From positions 2,724,140-2,788,139 of the forward strand of contig NW_015167061.1 in assembly GCF_001447785.1 (NCBI RefSeq): a DNA stretch of 64,000 nucleotides, in the 5' to 3' direction. Shown here in pieces: positions 10,901 through 23,571 of this stretch (positions are counted from its first letter, which is position 1; the number at the start of each line of letters is the position of its first letter). Both the position numbers and the translations under genes were made by a program. The stretch comes from Gekko japonicus (taxonomy: Eukaryota). Under the pieces are notes generated by a model, which saw nothing but the letters and a program-made list of their open reading frames with translations, was not told the DNA's origin and made no database searches.

Positions 10901-13900
10901 GTTCATGCTTCAAGATGTCGTAGACCTGAGGCAGGTACGTGTTTTGTGAGGGATGTGACCGGAAGGGGTCTGAAAAGCAGGCAGGTGGATCTGGGCTCCT
11001 GCGAAAGGACAGGCGTGGTTTTGTCAGTGGCTTGCATCTGGAATTTGATCACCAGCAATGCATCATGGAGTAGTTCTCCCCTCAGTGCCTTCTTGACCCA
11101 CGTCCTGTGTCTGCAGATAGTGCCAGTATCCCAGAGTGACCCACCAGGAGAGCTCCCTCAGCCTGCTTTGGCAGGGAGGGTGGGGCAGAAATCCAAATAA
11201 ATAGATAGAAGGGCTGCCCGTCAGACATGAACGGGTTCCCACCAGGTCTGAGTTGCGGGCGTGAGGAATGTACCATTAGCCGGGGTGCAGAATGCTTCCT
11301 CTTCAGGGCCTGTTTCCTCTTTTGTAGTGTAACTGGGTGTCACGGAGGGCAGATCAAGGCCCCAAGACAATAGAGCAGATTCATAAAGAAGCAAAAATTG
11401 AAGAGCAGGAGGAGCAACGGAAAGTCCAGCAGTTGATGACCAAAGACAAGAGAAGGCCTGGTAAGTCCCGGCACCCCACCTTTCCCTTTCCTATCCAGGT
11501 TCCTTAGTGGTGCCTCAGCAAGCGCACTCAACTGGCTCTTCCATCTGCATGCCTTGGCAGTACCAGTGATGCTCTGCTGGAGGCCAGTCTCATCGGTGAT
11601 GTTGACGCTGGCACCCTTGCCCAGACGGGCTGAAAGGGGTGCTCTCGAGCCATAGTGGGCAGAGGGGTGTATAACAGTTCACCCGAAATCACCTCCAGAA
11701 ACTTAAAAACATAAGAGAGGCCAATGCTGGATCAGGCCAATGGCCCTTCCAGTCCAACACTCTGTGTCACACAGTGGCCAAAAATACCAGGTGCCCTCAG
11801 GAGGTCCAGCAGTGGGGCCAGAACTCCAGAAGCCCCTCCCACTGTTGCCCCCCCCCAGCACCAAGAAGACAGAGCATCACTGCCCAGACACTGTTCCATC
11901 TATACCTTGTGGCTCATAGCCGCTGGTGGACCTCTTCTCCATATGATAACTGGTTGATTTGTTTTCAATCCCCAGCATAGCATTTGCCCTTTCTGTTGCT
12001 TGCGCACAGTGAGTTGACATTTTCAGTGAGTTATCTACCACGACAAGATCTCTCTCCTGGTCGGTCCCCACCAGTTCAGACCCCCATCAACATGTATTTA
12101 TAGTTAGGATTTTTGGCTCCAGCATGTATCACTTTGCACTTGCCCACACTGAACCTCATTTGCCACTCTGATGCCCACTCGCTCACAATCCTCCCTTGTT
12201 CTCACTACCCTGAACAACTTAGTGTCATCTGCAAACCATTAATGAACAAGTTAAAAAGCACCGGAAGTAGAACCGAGCCCTGCGGTGCCCCACTGCTTGC
12301 CATCCTCCACTGTGACCAGAGGCTTTCAAACTTGGAGGGGGGGGGGGCTATTCTTGAGTTCCCATCATTGGCAGTTATAAGGGAGATGGTCTGTCTTTTT
12401 GTTTCTCTGCAGGTGTCCAGAGGGTGGAGGAGGGTGGCTGGAACACTGTGCAAGGGGCAAAAAACAGCCGTGTGCTGGACCCCACCAAGTTCCTTAAAAT
12501 CACCAAGGTACGTATTCAGGAGGAGGCCTTTGGTTAGAGGACTCATTGGAAGGGGAGCTAAAAACCACACGGTTAATCTGGCCTCCGTGTTCCTTGCTGA
12601 ATGTACGCTTGATTGCTCCTTGGTGCTGCCCTTGGGGACTTGATGCCCTGGAGAAATCACTGCAGAGCGGGCAGCTCCCTGTGGCTTACCACCGAAAAGA
12701 GACTGGTCTCCCACCCACCCACCCACCCCCCCGCCCAAGCAAACTCTCCATGTTTTGTCCTCCTGTGTATTGCAGCCCACCATAGACGAGAAGATCCAGC
12801 TTGTGCCTAAAGCCCAGTTGGGCAGCTGGGGAAAAGGCAGCAGCGGTGGAGCAAAGGTCAGCGAGATTGGTAAGCACGGAGCTCCCTTTCCTTTCTGCTC
12901 CAGTGCTCAGCACACGGCCTCCCCAGGGGGGAAGGGCTGAGTCCCCCCACACCAGTCAGTGGCCAGGCCTTTGGGAAACCAGGCCAGAATTATGCCCCGA
13001 AAGTGACTGAAGCCAGGCTCATTGGCCGAATGCCAGGACCTGCGTAATGGATGCCCTTGAATTCAGTCTGCATTTACGTGTTTGTTCTACTGTTGTACTT
13101 TGTTCTTCTCTGGCCCGAAGCCCTGAAACTTTATTCAGCCAATCCTGTCGTGTTTTGAGCTTCTGTCACACTTTTCTAGCTCACTGCTGAGCCTGTCCTC
13201 CCAGTTGTAAGGACTGGACAGTGGCTTTGCAGTGTTCCCTCTAAGCTGAGTTAGTGTGAGCAAACTAATCTATGCAGGAGCCAAATCGCTCGCTCACAGC
13301 TTTAGTGCCAGTAGCTCACAAAGTAGAATTCTTGCTCACCAGACTCCACAGCTTAGAGGGAGCATTTTGCACATGCGCTTTTTAAATGAAAACCCAGATT
13401 CCTAGGGTTAACCTGTCTCATAAACCAATCTCAGTTCGCTCTTAATGAACACAGCCCTGATTAACTGTAATGCTTGGGTGATCCTTCCCTCACACAGAAT
13501 TCTGTGCTTTGTGGGGCAGGTCTTTAATCTGACTCCAGTTAGCCAAAGTGTCTGAGTGCTCCGGTCTTTCTTTCCCACCAAGTGGCACTCTTAAACAGGA
13601 TCAAATGGGGTTATGAATCTTAGTTACTGGCATTGAAAGAAATGAACAACAGAGGGCAAAAGCATCATTGCAGCCTGTTTGGGCATCATTGCAGCATGTC
13701 ATTCCAGTATCGTATGAGCTTGGCAACTAGCCACGTTCATGCTGGTCACGACAACCCCCAAACTGATTGTGAGGTGGCTGGATTCTGCTTTCTTTACACT
13801 GGTCTGAGGTTAAGTGATCCACGTAGCCCTGTTTGGAGAACTCAGTACATTCGATGCCCTCCCCTTGCACGTTAGGGGCTCCCTACCCAAATATTTCCAG

Positions 13901-16900
13901 GCTCCAAATAGACACGCGTCCCAGACGTCAGGCAGTGAGCTCCAAAGGAGGAGCAGCAGGGTCCTTCCGCGAGACGGCTGTCACTCTCCCCCACATCCTC
14001 TTGCAGATTCCTTACGACCCAGTGCCACTAGTTTGAACCGATTCTCTGCACTGCAGCCTCCCGTGTCATCCGTGTCAGCTGCAGTCACCTCATCAGAGTT
14101 GGACTCTCGCAGGGCCTTAACTAGGTAAGCAGCAGGCAGTCGACCGCAGCTTCTCTTGACGCTTGCTTTTAAGGAAGGCTGTCGGTGATGCTGCCACCAG
14201 AGAGGTGAAAGCAAAAAAAAAGGGGCCCCCCGGGGGGGGGGGGGGAATCATCCACCCATGCATGCCTTCCTTCCTGCGTGAGAAGTCCTGATTGGTATGT
14301 TGTGCTGTGAGGGGCCGTGCGTGGCACTTCACCCACTTCGTTAAAACAGGCCTCCCTGATGGAGTCTCTGGACTTCTGTGCTTGCTGTTACTTGCAGTTC
14401 TCAGTAGATGTGGGTTCGTACACCTGTCCTGGCTTGTTAGCAGTGATGGTGGCAAGTCATTTGTCTGTGAAATGTCTTCCCTGCTGCAGTCGCGGGAGCT
14501 CAGGCAGAGAGAAGAATGACAAGCTGCTGCCCTCTTCTGTTGCCCGGCCCAGCACCTTCCTACGGGGCAGCAGCAGCAAAGAGCTCCTCCTGGACAACCA
14601 GGCACAAGAGGAGCAGCGGAGGGAGATGCTGGAGACTGTGAAGCAGTTGACCGGCGGCCTAGAGAGTGACCGCAACAGCACGGAGGCAGACAGGAGCAAA
14701 GCCAAGGAAGTGGGTGAGTTTCCCGGCAGGGGGGCTGGGACAGGGCCTTCTGGCCAGCTGCTGGTAGTCTGGGGGGGGGGGCACTGAGCACACAGCCAGG
14801 CTGGGGGAGCAGCTGCACCGGCTGAGCTCTTCGCTCACCTGCTGGTCTGTGGTTTCGTCTGCATTTGGCTTAGAGCCCTGCTGAGCCCGGGACTGTGGCC
14901 GCTTGTTTCTTTTCTCTGTAAAGTGTTGCTGTTAAGGCAGGTATTGGACAGGATTCCTAGTGGATTTTCATATTTTTGATCATTTTTTGGAAAGCAAGCG
15001 GAGGAACATTATAGAGTACGTGAGCACAGAGAAGAATGCCTGAACATGCTCCAGTGGCTGGCCTTGTTTCAGTCCATTCCGTCATTCACAGTGGGGAGGA
15101 GGCCCCCCGTGTCTGTGCTGGGATCCCCCACTTGGCCCTCTCCTGTCCTCTCCCCAGGTCCTCACGTGGTCCTTCTCCAGTGCCTCTGGGTATTTCCTGT
15201 ATGCTTATGACACCCAGCTCTCTCTCAGAACCTTCTCCTGCCCACCAGTCTGGCCTCTCCAGTTGATCTTTCCGTTTGATGCCTTCTGGTCGCCTCAGGC
15301 AGCGAGTGCCCAAGACTGAACTTGGTGCTGTTCTTTTTTATTATCCTCCATGTCAGTCGGCAGCATCGGAGTCAACCCTGGAGAGCAGGGGTGGCCAAAC
15401 TTGCTTAATTTAAGAGCCACGTAGAGTAAACAGCAGATATTTGAGAGTCGCAAGACATGAACAGGTGTTACACACACATTTTTATTGAAAATATGCAAAT
15501 TTACTTTTTAATAACATGAAATGAGACTGCCAAAAATAAAAACAAAAGGGGTAAAAACAGATACTGAGAGTGATATTTATTTGTCCAGTGATATTTATTT
15601 GTTTCCTAATGATATTTATTTGTCGGGGGGGGGAGGTAAAAAGAAAGAATGAAAGAGATGAACAGAAAGAGAAAAAAAGACAGCAAATAGAATGGGGAGG
15701 GAGTGGGAAGGAAGGGGAAAAAAGAAAGGGTGGAACAAAAGGAAATAGATGGAGGAGGAAGGAAGGGGAAAGAGGGAAAACAAAGTAAGCAAATAGATTG
15801 GGGAGGGAGGGGGAGAAACGAAAGAAGAGAGAAAGAACAAGAAAAAGCAAACAGATGGGGAGGAAGGAAGGAAGAGAAAGAATGGTGGAAAGAATGAAAG
15901 AGGGAAAGGAAAGAAATAAGAAGAGAGAAAAACAAAGAAAGCAAACAGATGGGGGAGGGAGAGAGAGAGAGAAACAAAGAAAGTAAGTAAATGAGGGAGT
16001 GGGAGGAAGAGAGAGGAAGGAAGGGAGAAATAGAGAAAGAAAGGTGAAAAGAGAGAGGTGGAAAGAAACCGAGTAGATGGGGGGTGGGGAAGGAAGGGGA
16101 AAACAGAGAGAGAGGTGGAAAGATAGCAAATAAATGGGGGGGGGGTTGGAACAAAAGCAACCCCCCCACCTCTGCCCCAGCTGGTTTGGTTTGGAGAAGG
16201 GATTTAAAGAGACAGTGCTTTTCTCTAAGCTGGTGGGCAAGGCTGCATGGCGGGGGCTTGGAGAACGCCTTTCATTTTAAATGTGTTCTCCAAGCCCCCT
16301 GCCCCTGCTGGCCCATCAGCTTGGCATGGAGAAGGGATTTAAGGAGGCAGATGCCTTTGCCAGGCCGGCCAGTGTCTTGGGGCTTGAAGAACACATTTAA
16401 CTTTAGATGGGGAGGAAGGAGAGAAAAAAAGAAAGTGGAAAGAACGCAAATAGGTGGGTGGAGGGAGGGAGAGGTGGAAAGAAAGCAACTTTAACTTTAA
16501 ATGCGTTCTCCAAGCTCCACCCCCAGGCTGGCTGGCTGGCTTGGCTTGGAGAAGGGGTTTAGACAAATGCCTTCTCCAAGCTGGCGGGGCGGGTGGGGGA
16601 GCTTTGAAAACGCCTTTAAAGTGGCTTTCTTTCTCTGCTCCCCCATACCTTAAACCTCCCTCTAGGGAAGGGAACACTGGCTGGAGAAGGGAAGGCCAAT
16701 CAGGGAGGCAGGCCTCCCCTCCCCTTCACCAGCTGCTGTGCCGGGAGCCTCGCAATGTCTGTGGAAGAACTGCATACCACTCCCGAGCCGCAGTTCGGCC
16801 ACCCCTGCTGGAGAGCAAGCGCAAGGCCTGGGCTGGATATTGGAGCCCCTTCCTCTGCTCTTGGCAACATGGCAGAAGAGCAGCCCCTCCTCTCCTGGGC

Positions 16901-19900
16901 ACAAGGCTCCCCCCTCCCTGGCCGTTTGTCATCTGGACTCCTGCAGCCTTTCCCTTCTGTGGCCCTCTGCTGTCAGCTCTGGCCACATGTCAGTTCTCTG
17001 TATCCCGTGGCTCCACTCCCAAACTCCTTGCCCATGGCCCTCCTCTTGTAATCCGGTGATGTTCACTCCACTATCCTTCTGTCATCTTCCTTCCTTCCTT
17101 CCTTCCTTCCTTCCTTCCTTCCTTCCTTCCTCTGCTTCCCCCAACACCTGTGCATGATGATGCCTCCTCTTGCTTCGTGCAAATCCCTCTTTAAAAGCCG
17201 CTTTTCCCATGAAGTTTTGATCCCAGCCCCTCCCCTGCTGAAAGTATACCTGAACCCACGTGACCAGGAGGAGGCTCAGGCGCTTCCCTCGCTTGTCACC
17301 ACCACCTCCTCCTCCCGCTGCGGCATGTCAGTTTTCAGAGCGTCAGCTTCCCGCAGCAGGGGCTGCGATGGGGCCTGAAGGATAATTCACAGCCACCTTT
17401 CTGGTTCGGCTGATGGGAAAGGATCTCCCTATCAGGAAGGAAGCTGCTCCTGCCTGGTGTCTGTGCTGACTGTCTCTTTCACTGCCTCAAAAGCCAAGCC
17501 TGAAATCCCCACCTACCCTGCCCAAGACAGCAAGCCTTCCCTATCAGACGAGGAAGTGGAGAGAAAGTGCCGGTCGATCATTGATGAATTCTTGCACATT
17601 AATGACTACAAGGCAAGTGGAGCTCCTGGGCAGGGAGGGTGTCACTCTGCCCTCGGGGGGGGGGGGGGGGGCTTCCTGGCAGGAGGCGGCGGCCAGCTGA
17701 GGCCTGGGTGTTGAGGTGGGAGGCACAGACCCCTGCAAAGCCTCCCGCTGTGTAACCAGCCCATTGTGTTGCCTGCGCAGGAAGCCATGCAGTGTGTGGA
17801 GGAGCTGAATGTGCCGGGCGTGCTGCCTGTCTTTGTGCAAGTGGGAGTGGAGTCCACCCTCGAGCGGAGTCAGATCACCAGAGATCACATGGGCCAGTTG
17901 CTGTATCAGCTGGTGCAGTCGGAGAAGCTGAGCAAGGAGGACTTCTTCAAGGGGTCAGTCCTCTGCCAGGGGAAGCAGAAGCCTCTCTGGGTGCTCCCTT
18001 CTCTTTTGTGGGTGCTGGCAACGGAGTCCTACGCAGAGAAGCGGCCAGTGCAGTCTTCTGGACAGGATGCTGATTGACCAGTGTGTGGCTTTCTCCTGCA
18101 GATTTGCAGACACCTTGGAGACAGCAGACGACATGGCTATCGATATCCCGCACATCTGGTTGTACTTGGCAGAACTAGTGACCCCCATGTTAAAGGAAGG
18201 AGGGATCTCTATGAGAGAACTTCTGATGTAAGCAGAGCTCTTCCTCTGGGGGGGTGGGGGTGGCAAGGCCGGCCTGCACCATCTGTAGCTCCCCGTCATT
18301 CCATGGATGCGTCAGAAGAGCTGCCGCCTCTGGGTGGGGGGTGGGGTGGGGCTGAGAAACCCACTCGGGGTTTCCAGCTGCCTGGCCACTGTTCAGCCAA
18401 GCAGAAAGGGCTGTTCCGGCAGTTGGTGGCAGCCAGCAGAAAAGGCCGTGCACCAGTCCTGCTTTGCGGCTCTTGAGCCAAGACATCCAGGCCATGCGTC
18501 CAGAAATCCTTTGTGGGGCTCGTCCACAGTCTCGGTAAAGCCAGTGCTTGTTGCTGTTCCATTGCAGAGAATTTAGCAAGCCGTTGCTTCCAGTGGGAAG
18601 GGCTGGAATCCTACTTTCCGAAATACTGCACCTTCTATGCAAACAAATGGTGAGTGTGCCGGGCGCCTCCACCAGGTCTTGTGTCTCCGGAGAGAGGAAA
18701 TGGTGGGGCCTGGGAAGGAGACAGGACCGGGGGGGGGGGAGCCACGGCTTCCCTGGGTCCGACTTGCAAGCTGAAGGTCAGTTTTTCAGAAGTGGCTTTG
18801 AAGTCTGCTTCGGCTGCTCATAAGCGGCAGTCCCGCCTGTCCTTCAGGTTGTGGAGAGCATTTAGACCAACTTCTGCTTGTTGCTTAGGCTTGCCAAGAA
18901 CTCTTCTCTCTCCGAGGGGCCTGGTGTCGTGGCCCCTCACTTGGCTAACACGGCCAGGGTCCCACACCCCAGCAGGTGCCAGAGCCTCCTCTGGGGATAG
19001 TGGCACAGCTTCTACTGCAAACAGGGCCTCAGCTGACCCGTCACCACCGGAGCAGCTTGATGGGGTTCCTGCGCACGTGCACACACCCACCCACCCACAC
19101 ACACCCCGTTTCACAGCCAGGGCGCTTTCTTTCTGTTCTAGAGCCATAAGAAAGTGGCAGCCTTGTGGAGGGAGGCTGACCTCAGTTGGAGAGACTTCTT
19201 ACCCGAAGGCGAGGATGTCCATACCTTTCTCACGGAGCAGGTGCGTTGGGACTGGGGCTCCAAGCAGCACCGGGATGCTCACTGGGCAAAGCTTTCTGGG
19301 TAAAAGAAAGGGACACATTTCATGGATGGGGGCTTTGGCTTGATTTAGAGAAAGGCTTCTGTCCAGCCTCTCACCCTTGGCTTCCATGACCGCTACCAAC
19401 AACAAGAACAGAATAAGATATTTTTATAAAGCATTTCAATCGGTAAAATGCCAGTTGAAAAATATCCAGCGGCAGCAGCGGCCACCCAGCAGTGTGTAGT
19501 AAAAGCCAAATAGAAGGATTGGGATTGGGGGAGCAACTGTGCAGAGGTTCTTACACATCAGGAGGGTGTAGACAGCTTGGCCAGAGTCCTGGGTCAGGGA
19601 CATCCAGTTCCAGCCGGGCACCTGGGACTCGGCAGGGTCAGTGTGAGAGGGAGTCCCACCGCCTTGAATCCCCCTTCAGGGCAGGGATGACCAGTGGGAG
19701 GAAACACAAGGAAGGGGAGAGCGCTTGGGTGAAAGGTCGCAGTGGGCGTGGATGAGTGGCCCTGAGAGGACCCTCGTCCCAGGGACATTTGGGGTTTGGA
19801 AGTCTGGAATAGGGGGGGCCCCCTTACCAGAGGATAAGTGGTAAACTCTTGTTTCCTCGTGTCTTGGATGAGGGGGAGGGACGAATAGGAAACCTTGTTT

Positions 19901-22900
19901 TTGCTGTTTTTTTTTTCTTTGTCCCCCCCCCCCCCCCCTGCAGAAGTTGGACTTCACAGAAACGGACAGTTCAAGTCCCTCAGAAGCACTTTCAAAGACA
20001 GAACTCTCTGCTGAAGAGCTGAACAAACAGCTGGAGAAACTCATTATGGAGGACAAGGCGAACGATGAGCAGATCTTTGATTGGGTAGAGGTACAGGCTC
20101 CCGTCGCTGGCTGTTACTGGAAGAGGCACGATGCCGCTCACCTCTGGCACTGACCCCTTCTGCCGGTCAGGCTCTCCGCCTTCGGTGGAGTCTGAATCTG
20201 CCCCTTTGAGTTGCATCCGTCACCAGCTCTGTTTTCCAGGCTGGTGTTTTGCTGATGCCTTCATCCGTGTGGTCTGCAGGGGCTGTGTCTCAGCCCAGAA
20301 GTGCAGAGTAAATCCTTGCATTTTACTGCTCCGGAGAGTGCTCTGAGATTGCAGCCTCTTTCTGAACGCCCTGTTTGGGTGACAGGAGTGCTCCGGCTGC
20401 ATGGCTGCAGGGCTTTGTCACTCTCCCGCTCCCTGAAGCTCCTGTGGAGCCAGCCTGACCAGCCTCCCTGGGCAGCAGCAGGAGCTCTCGGGAGCCGGTG
20501 CTCTCCTGCGGCCAGCCCACTGTCCACTGAGGGCGCTGACTGATCTCTCCCTTTCCCTTTTAGGCAAGTCTAGATGAAAGCCAGATGAGTTCACCTACAT
20601 TCCTTAGAGCTTTAATGACAGCAGTTTGTAAAGCAGCAATTATAGGTGAGTAGTGCAGTGCTCACCCATAAAACGAATCTGTTTCAAAGATGAATGAATC
20701 ACTTCCTATAATTCCCTGTGTATGAAGAATGACTCCAGCAGATGGTGACGCAGAAGGCCAAACTAGACATTTGGGGGACCCAGATCTGACGCTGACTCTG
20801 GAAGCCCCACAGGGGGGAGGAGGAGGGGTTCCAGCTGTCCAGCCCCTTCTCCTGTACCACAGTCCTGATCCAGACCGACCACAGAATGCTCGGGAGCTTC
20901 GTGAGCTGCAAATAACGTTTTGGCGGTGATACGATTGGAGCTGGGTTCATCAGGGTTCCCCAAACCGTCACCTCTTGTTTGGCCCTGAGGCACCGGCCTG
21001 GCTAGTGTGAGAGGCGGCTGTCTTCCATCCCGGGGGACTTTGCAGCTCCTTCTCTTTGGGTCTAATTGGATGGGATGTCGAGTGGGAACGGAGATGGGAC
21101 CGTTGACCTCTTCACTATATACACGAGTTGTTTTTCATCCAGATTTATTTTGCTGGGAAGCATTAGGTGGTAGTTTTCCTACAACAATTCTTGGTGTTCG
21201 CTTTGGGGAAGGGGAAAAGGCCTTGGAGTTTCACCTCCCATTTGCATTGGGACGGGCTTTTCTTGTTTCTTATTTATTTGCTGGGTCACAAAGGTCACCA
21301 TGTCATTCAGCATACTTGTGGCTGGGCAAGCATTTATTTATTTATTTAATTCAAATTTCTATCCTGCCCTTAAGAACATAAGATAAGCCAATGTTGGATC
21401 AGGCCAATGGCCCCTCAGGAGGTCCAGCAGTGGGGCCGGGACACCAGAAGCCCTCCCACTGTTGCCCCCCCCCCCAGCACCAAGAATACAGAGCATCACT
21501 TGCCCCAGACTGAGAGTCCCTATCGATACCTTGTGGCTAGGAGCCACTGATGGAGCTCTTGAAGCTGTCCATGTTTGTAGCCGCCGCCACCCCCTCCTGT
21601 GGCCATGAGTTCCATGTGTCAATCACCCTTCCCGCGATCAGGCTCAGGGCAGGTTACAACATTAGTATAAAACAATAAAATCATGATTAAAACTATAAAC
21701 TTAACCCTTAAACAGTGTTGATCAAACTACATCACAGCGATTACAATGGTTCTCTGGTGTCAGACAATTAAGCAGAAAGGGCTAGATCCCATAAGGGATT
21801 CCAGATTATAGGCACCCTACCCAGGGTAAACCCAGGTAGTTGTCATTCAGTGTCCTTGAAAATTGAAGACCATGGTACAGAACAGGGTAACAGAAAAGCG
21901 ACAGGATGGTATCGGGGGGGGGCAGATTTTGTTGGTGGAAGACATCCCTTTGTCCGTTTCAGCAGCTCAGTAAAGCTGAGAACTGATCTTGCAGTTTTGG
22001 TATCAAAAGCGTGTGTCCAAATTGTTCCAGTTCCTCATATTTGTACCTGAAGTCAGGGTGGGATGGCAGCTCCTTTCTTTCAGGCCCTCTCATTTCTGTT
22101 GTGTGGTCAGCCCAAACACCTAAGAGTGTTTCATTCTTCCGCAGTTGCCCCGTCTGTGAAGGTCGGCCTGGCCTGCCTGGCCTCACAGCCTCGGGCTGAC
22201 GCTTGCCTCTTCTTTGTCTTTCCAGCGGATAGTTCTAGCTTGCGAGTGGACACTGCTGTTATCAAGCAGAGAGTGCCGATCTTACTTAAGTACCTAGACT
22301 CAGACACGGAGAAGGAACTACAAGCACTTTACGCACTACAAGCATCAATAGTAAAACTTGATCAGCCTCCTAGTAAGTGTGCTGCATGTTTGATTCTTTG
22401 GTTGCTTGGCCTCTTGAATCAGCTTCATGTCGTGTGGGCAGACGACATCAGTCTTGCTGCTCTGTGAACATCTCTGGCAGTAGGGCTGACGAATTCTCCA
22501 TCAGTACAGGAAGGCATCCCTAAGTGGGGTTTTCCATGTGCATGCTCTGAGGGCAGGGCCAGAGACATTCTGAGAGCCCTGGTTCTGTTTGGTGAGGAGC
22601 CCCCCCCCCCCCCGCCATCCCACTCTTGGCTGTTCCCTGCCACCAGACCACAGGGTTGCGTGCAGAGGAGGGTGTGGTCTTCCTGTCAAAGGCCTGCAAG
22701 CCCAGCACTGTGCTTCGGCTTCACTGACCCAAGTGTGTCCTGGTGGGCAGCAGGCCGCCACTGCAGAAGCCCTCGCTTCCTCCTCATTCAGACAGCACCC
22801 AGGGGAAGTAGAGTCTATGAACTCTTAAGCCATAATGTTTGTCCCAAGTCCTAGACACTGCGCTTCTCTCTTTATCTGATTGGGGGGGGGGGGTGTCTGG

Positions 22901-23571
22901 GTTGTCACATGCCCAAAAGTTCCAGATCACTGATAAATAAATACAGAATGGGATGCAGCATTGTTTAAACAAACCATTCAGATCTGCAACTCCAGGAAGC
23001 CCTCTGCAATAGCTTTTGAGGCAGCAGTTGGCTGTCCTTCATGGAAAGCATCAAAAATTTAGGCTGAATAACTTCATAATCAGGGCAGGATTCCCTTCAC
23101 CACATCTGCAGTTCTGCACGTCACATTTTGAACTGAGCACGTGAGCCATTCCCGGTGGTTGAGTACTGCTTGGTGTGCAGTCAGTCCCAGGTTTGTTCTC
23201 TAGGTTTTCCACTTCAAGAATCTCAGGTCGTGTGGGTCAGAAAGGAGTCTCTGTCTACATGAAGTTCAGGAGAACCACTGCAGTTTGGAGGAGACACACT
23301 CCTGAACTAGATGGACCAAGTTCGTGTGTTCATGTGATGCTCGCTCGGCCAATAAATGCTGTTCAGAGGATGTTCTTCTCTTCCTACAGATTTGTTACGG
23401 ATGTTTTTTGATTGCCTGTATGATGAGGAAGTGATATCAGAGGATGCCTTCTACAAATGGGAAAGCAGCAAAGACCCAGCAGAGCAGAATGGGAAAGGTG
23501 TAGCGCTTAAATCGGTCACCGCATTCTTCACGTGGCTACGAGAAGCGGAAGAGGAGTCGGAGGATAATTAA
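7997..23571 (+). CDS. EIF4G3: Eukaryotic translation initiation factor 4 gamma 3, last 17 coding exons (end of MIF4G, MA3, W2); 5' part lies upstream of the window
   Basis: Exons 7997-8143, 8359-8595, 10830-10934, 11328-11460, 12413-12507, 12776-12869, 14007-14124, 14490-14713, 17494-17612 (GC donor), 17781-17953, 18102-18227, 18568-18649, 19142-19240, 19944-20090, 20564-20645, 22226-22372, 23390-23571. Phases are consistent (769 aa plus TAA). Peptides [53 protein letters not shown] and the C-terminus [17 protein letters not shown] match eIF4G3; lying upstream of HP1BP3 fits EIF4G3 rather than EIF4G1. Confidence 0.97.
8877..10557. mobile_element. Non-autonomous DNA transposon with about 45-bp TIRs plus subterminal IR, superfamily unassigned
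   Basis: Left CACTGCCCCCTATATATGGAAGGCCTGATCACTACGTCGTGACGTCA (8877-8923) is nearly the reverse complement of 10513-10557. Second IR GTAGGCATAACATT (8930-8943) / AATGTTATGCCTAC (10482-10495). Flanking direct repeat GTCCTGC at 8870-8876 and 10558-10564. Confidence 0.85.
11703..12315 (-). mobile_element. CR1 LINE 3' end and ORF2 fragments
   Basis: Minus-strand peptides [20 protein letters not shown] and [17 protein letters not shown]; the tail block AACATAAGAGAGGCCAATGCTGGATCAGGCC recurs at 21370 and 29307. Confidence 0.8.
13230..13367. mobile_element. hAT-type MITE (CAGTGTTCCCTCTAAGCTG TIR family), internally deleted copy
   Basis: Same termini and internal sequence as the copies at 30624, 33823 and 53970; TSD not recognisable in this copy. 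Confidence 0.75.
15386..16807. mobile_element. Non-autonomous hAT transposon, 1422 bp, with 8-bp TSD
   Basis: TIR CAGGGGTGGCCAAAC ... GTTCGGCCACCCCTG; perfect TSD CTGGAGAG at 15378-15385 and 16808-16815; interior is GA-rich low-complexity sequence and degenerate repeats. Confidence 0.88.
17086..17130. repeat. (TTCC)n microsatellite
   Basis: About 11 tandem TTCC units read directly. Confidence 0.95.
21370..21625 (-). mobile_element. CR1 3' end fragment
   Basis: Closely similar to 11703-11950 (TAAGAACATAAG tail, GGATCAGGCCAATGGCCC, GAAGCCCTCCCACTGTTGCCCC). Confidence 0.75.

Noticed and set aside
15482-16240. 252-aa hydrophobic minus-strand ORF resembling a membrane protein
   Set aside because: It is the translation of the low-complexity GA/CT tract inside the hAT element.
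7997-23571. Intronic snoRNAs, as hosted by EIF4G1 and EIF4G2
   Set aside because: I saw no convincing C/D box pair with a terminal stem; an Rfam covariance search would be needed to exclude them.
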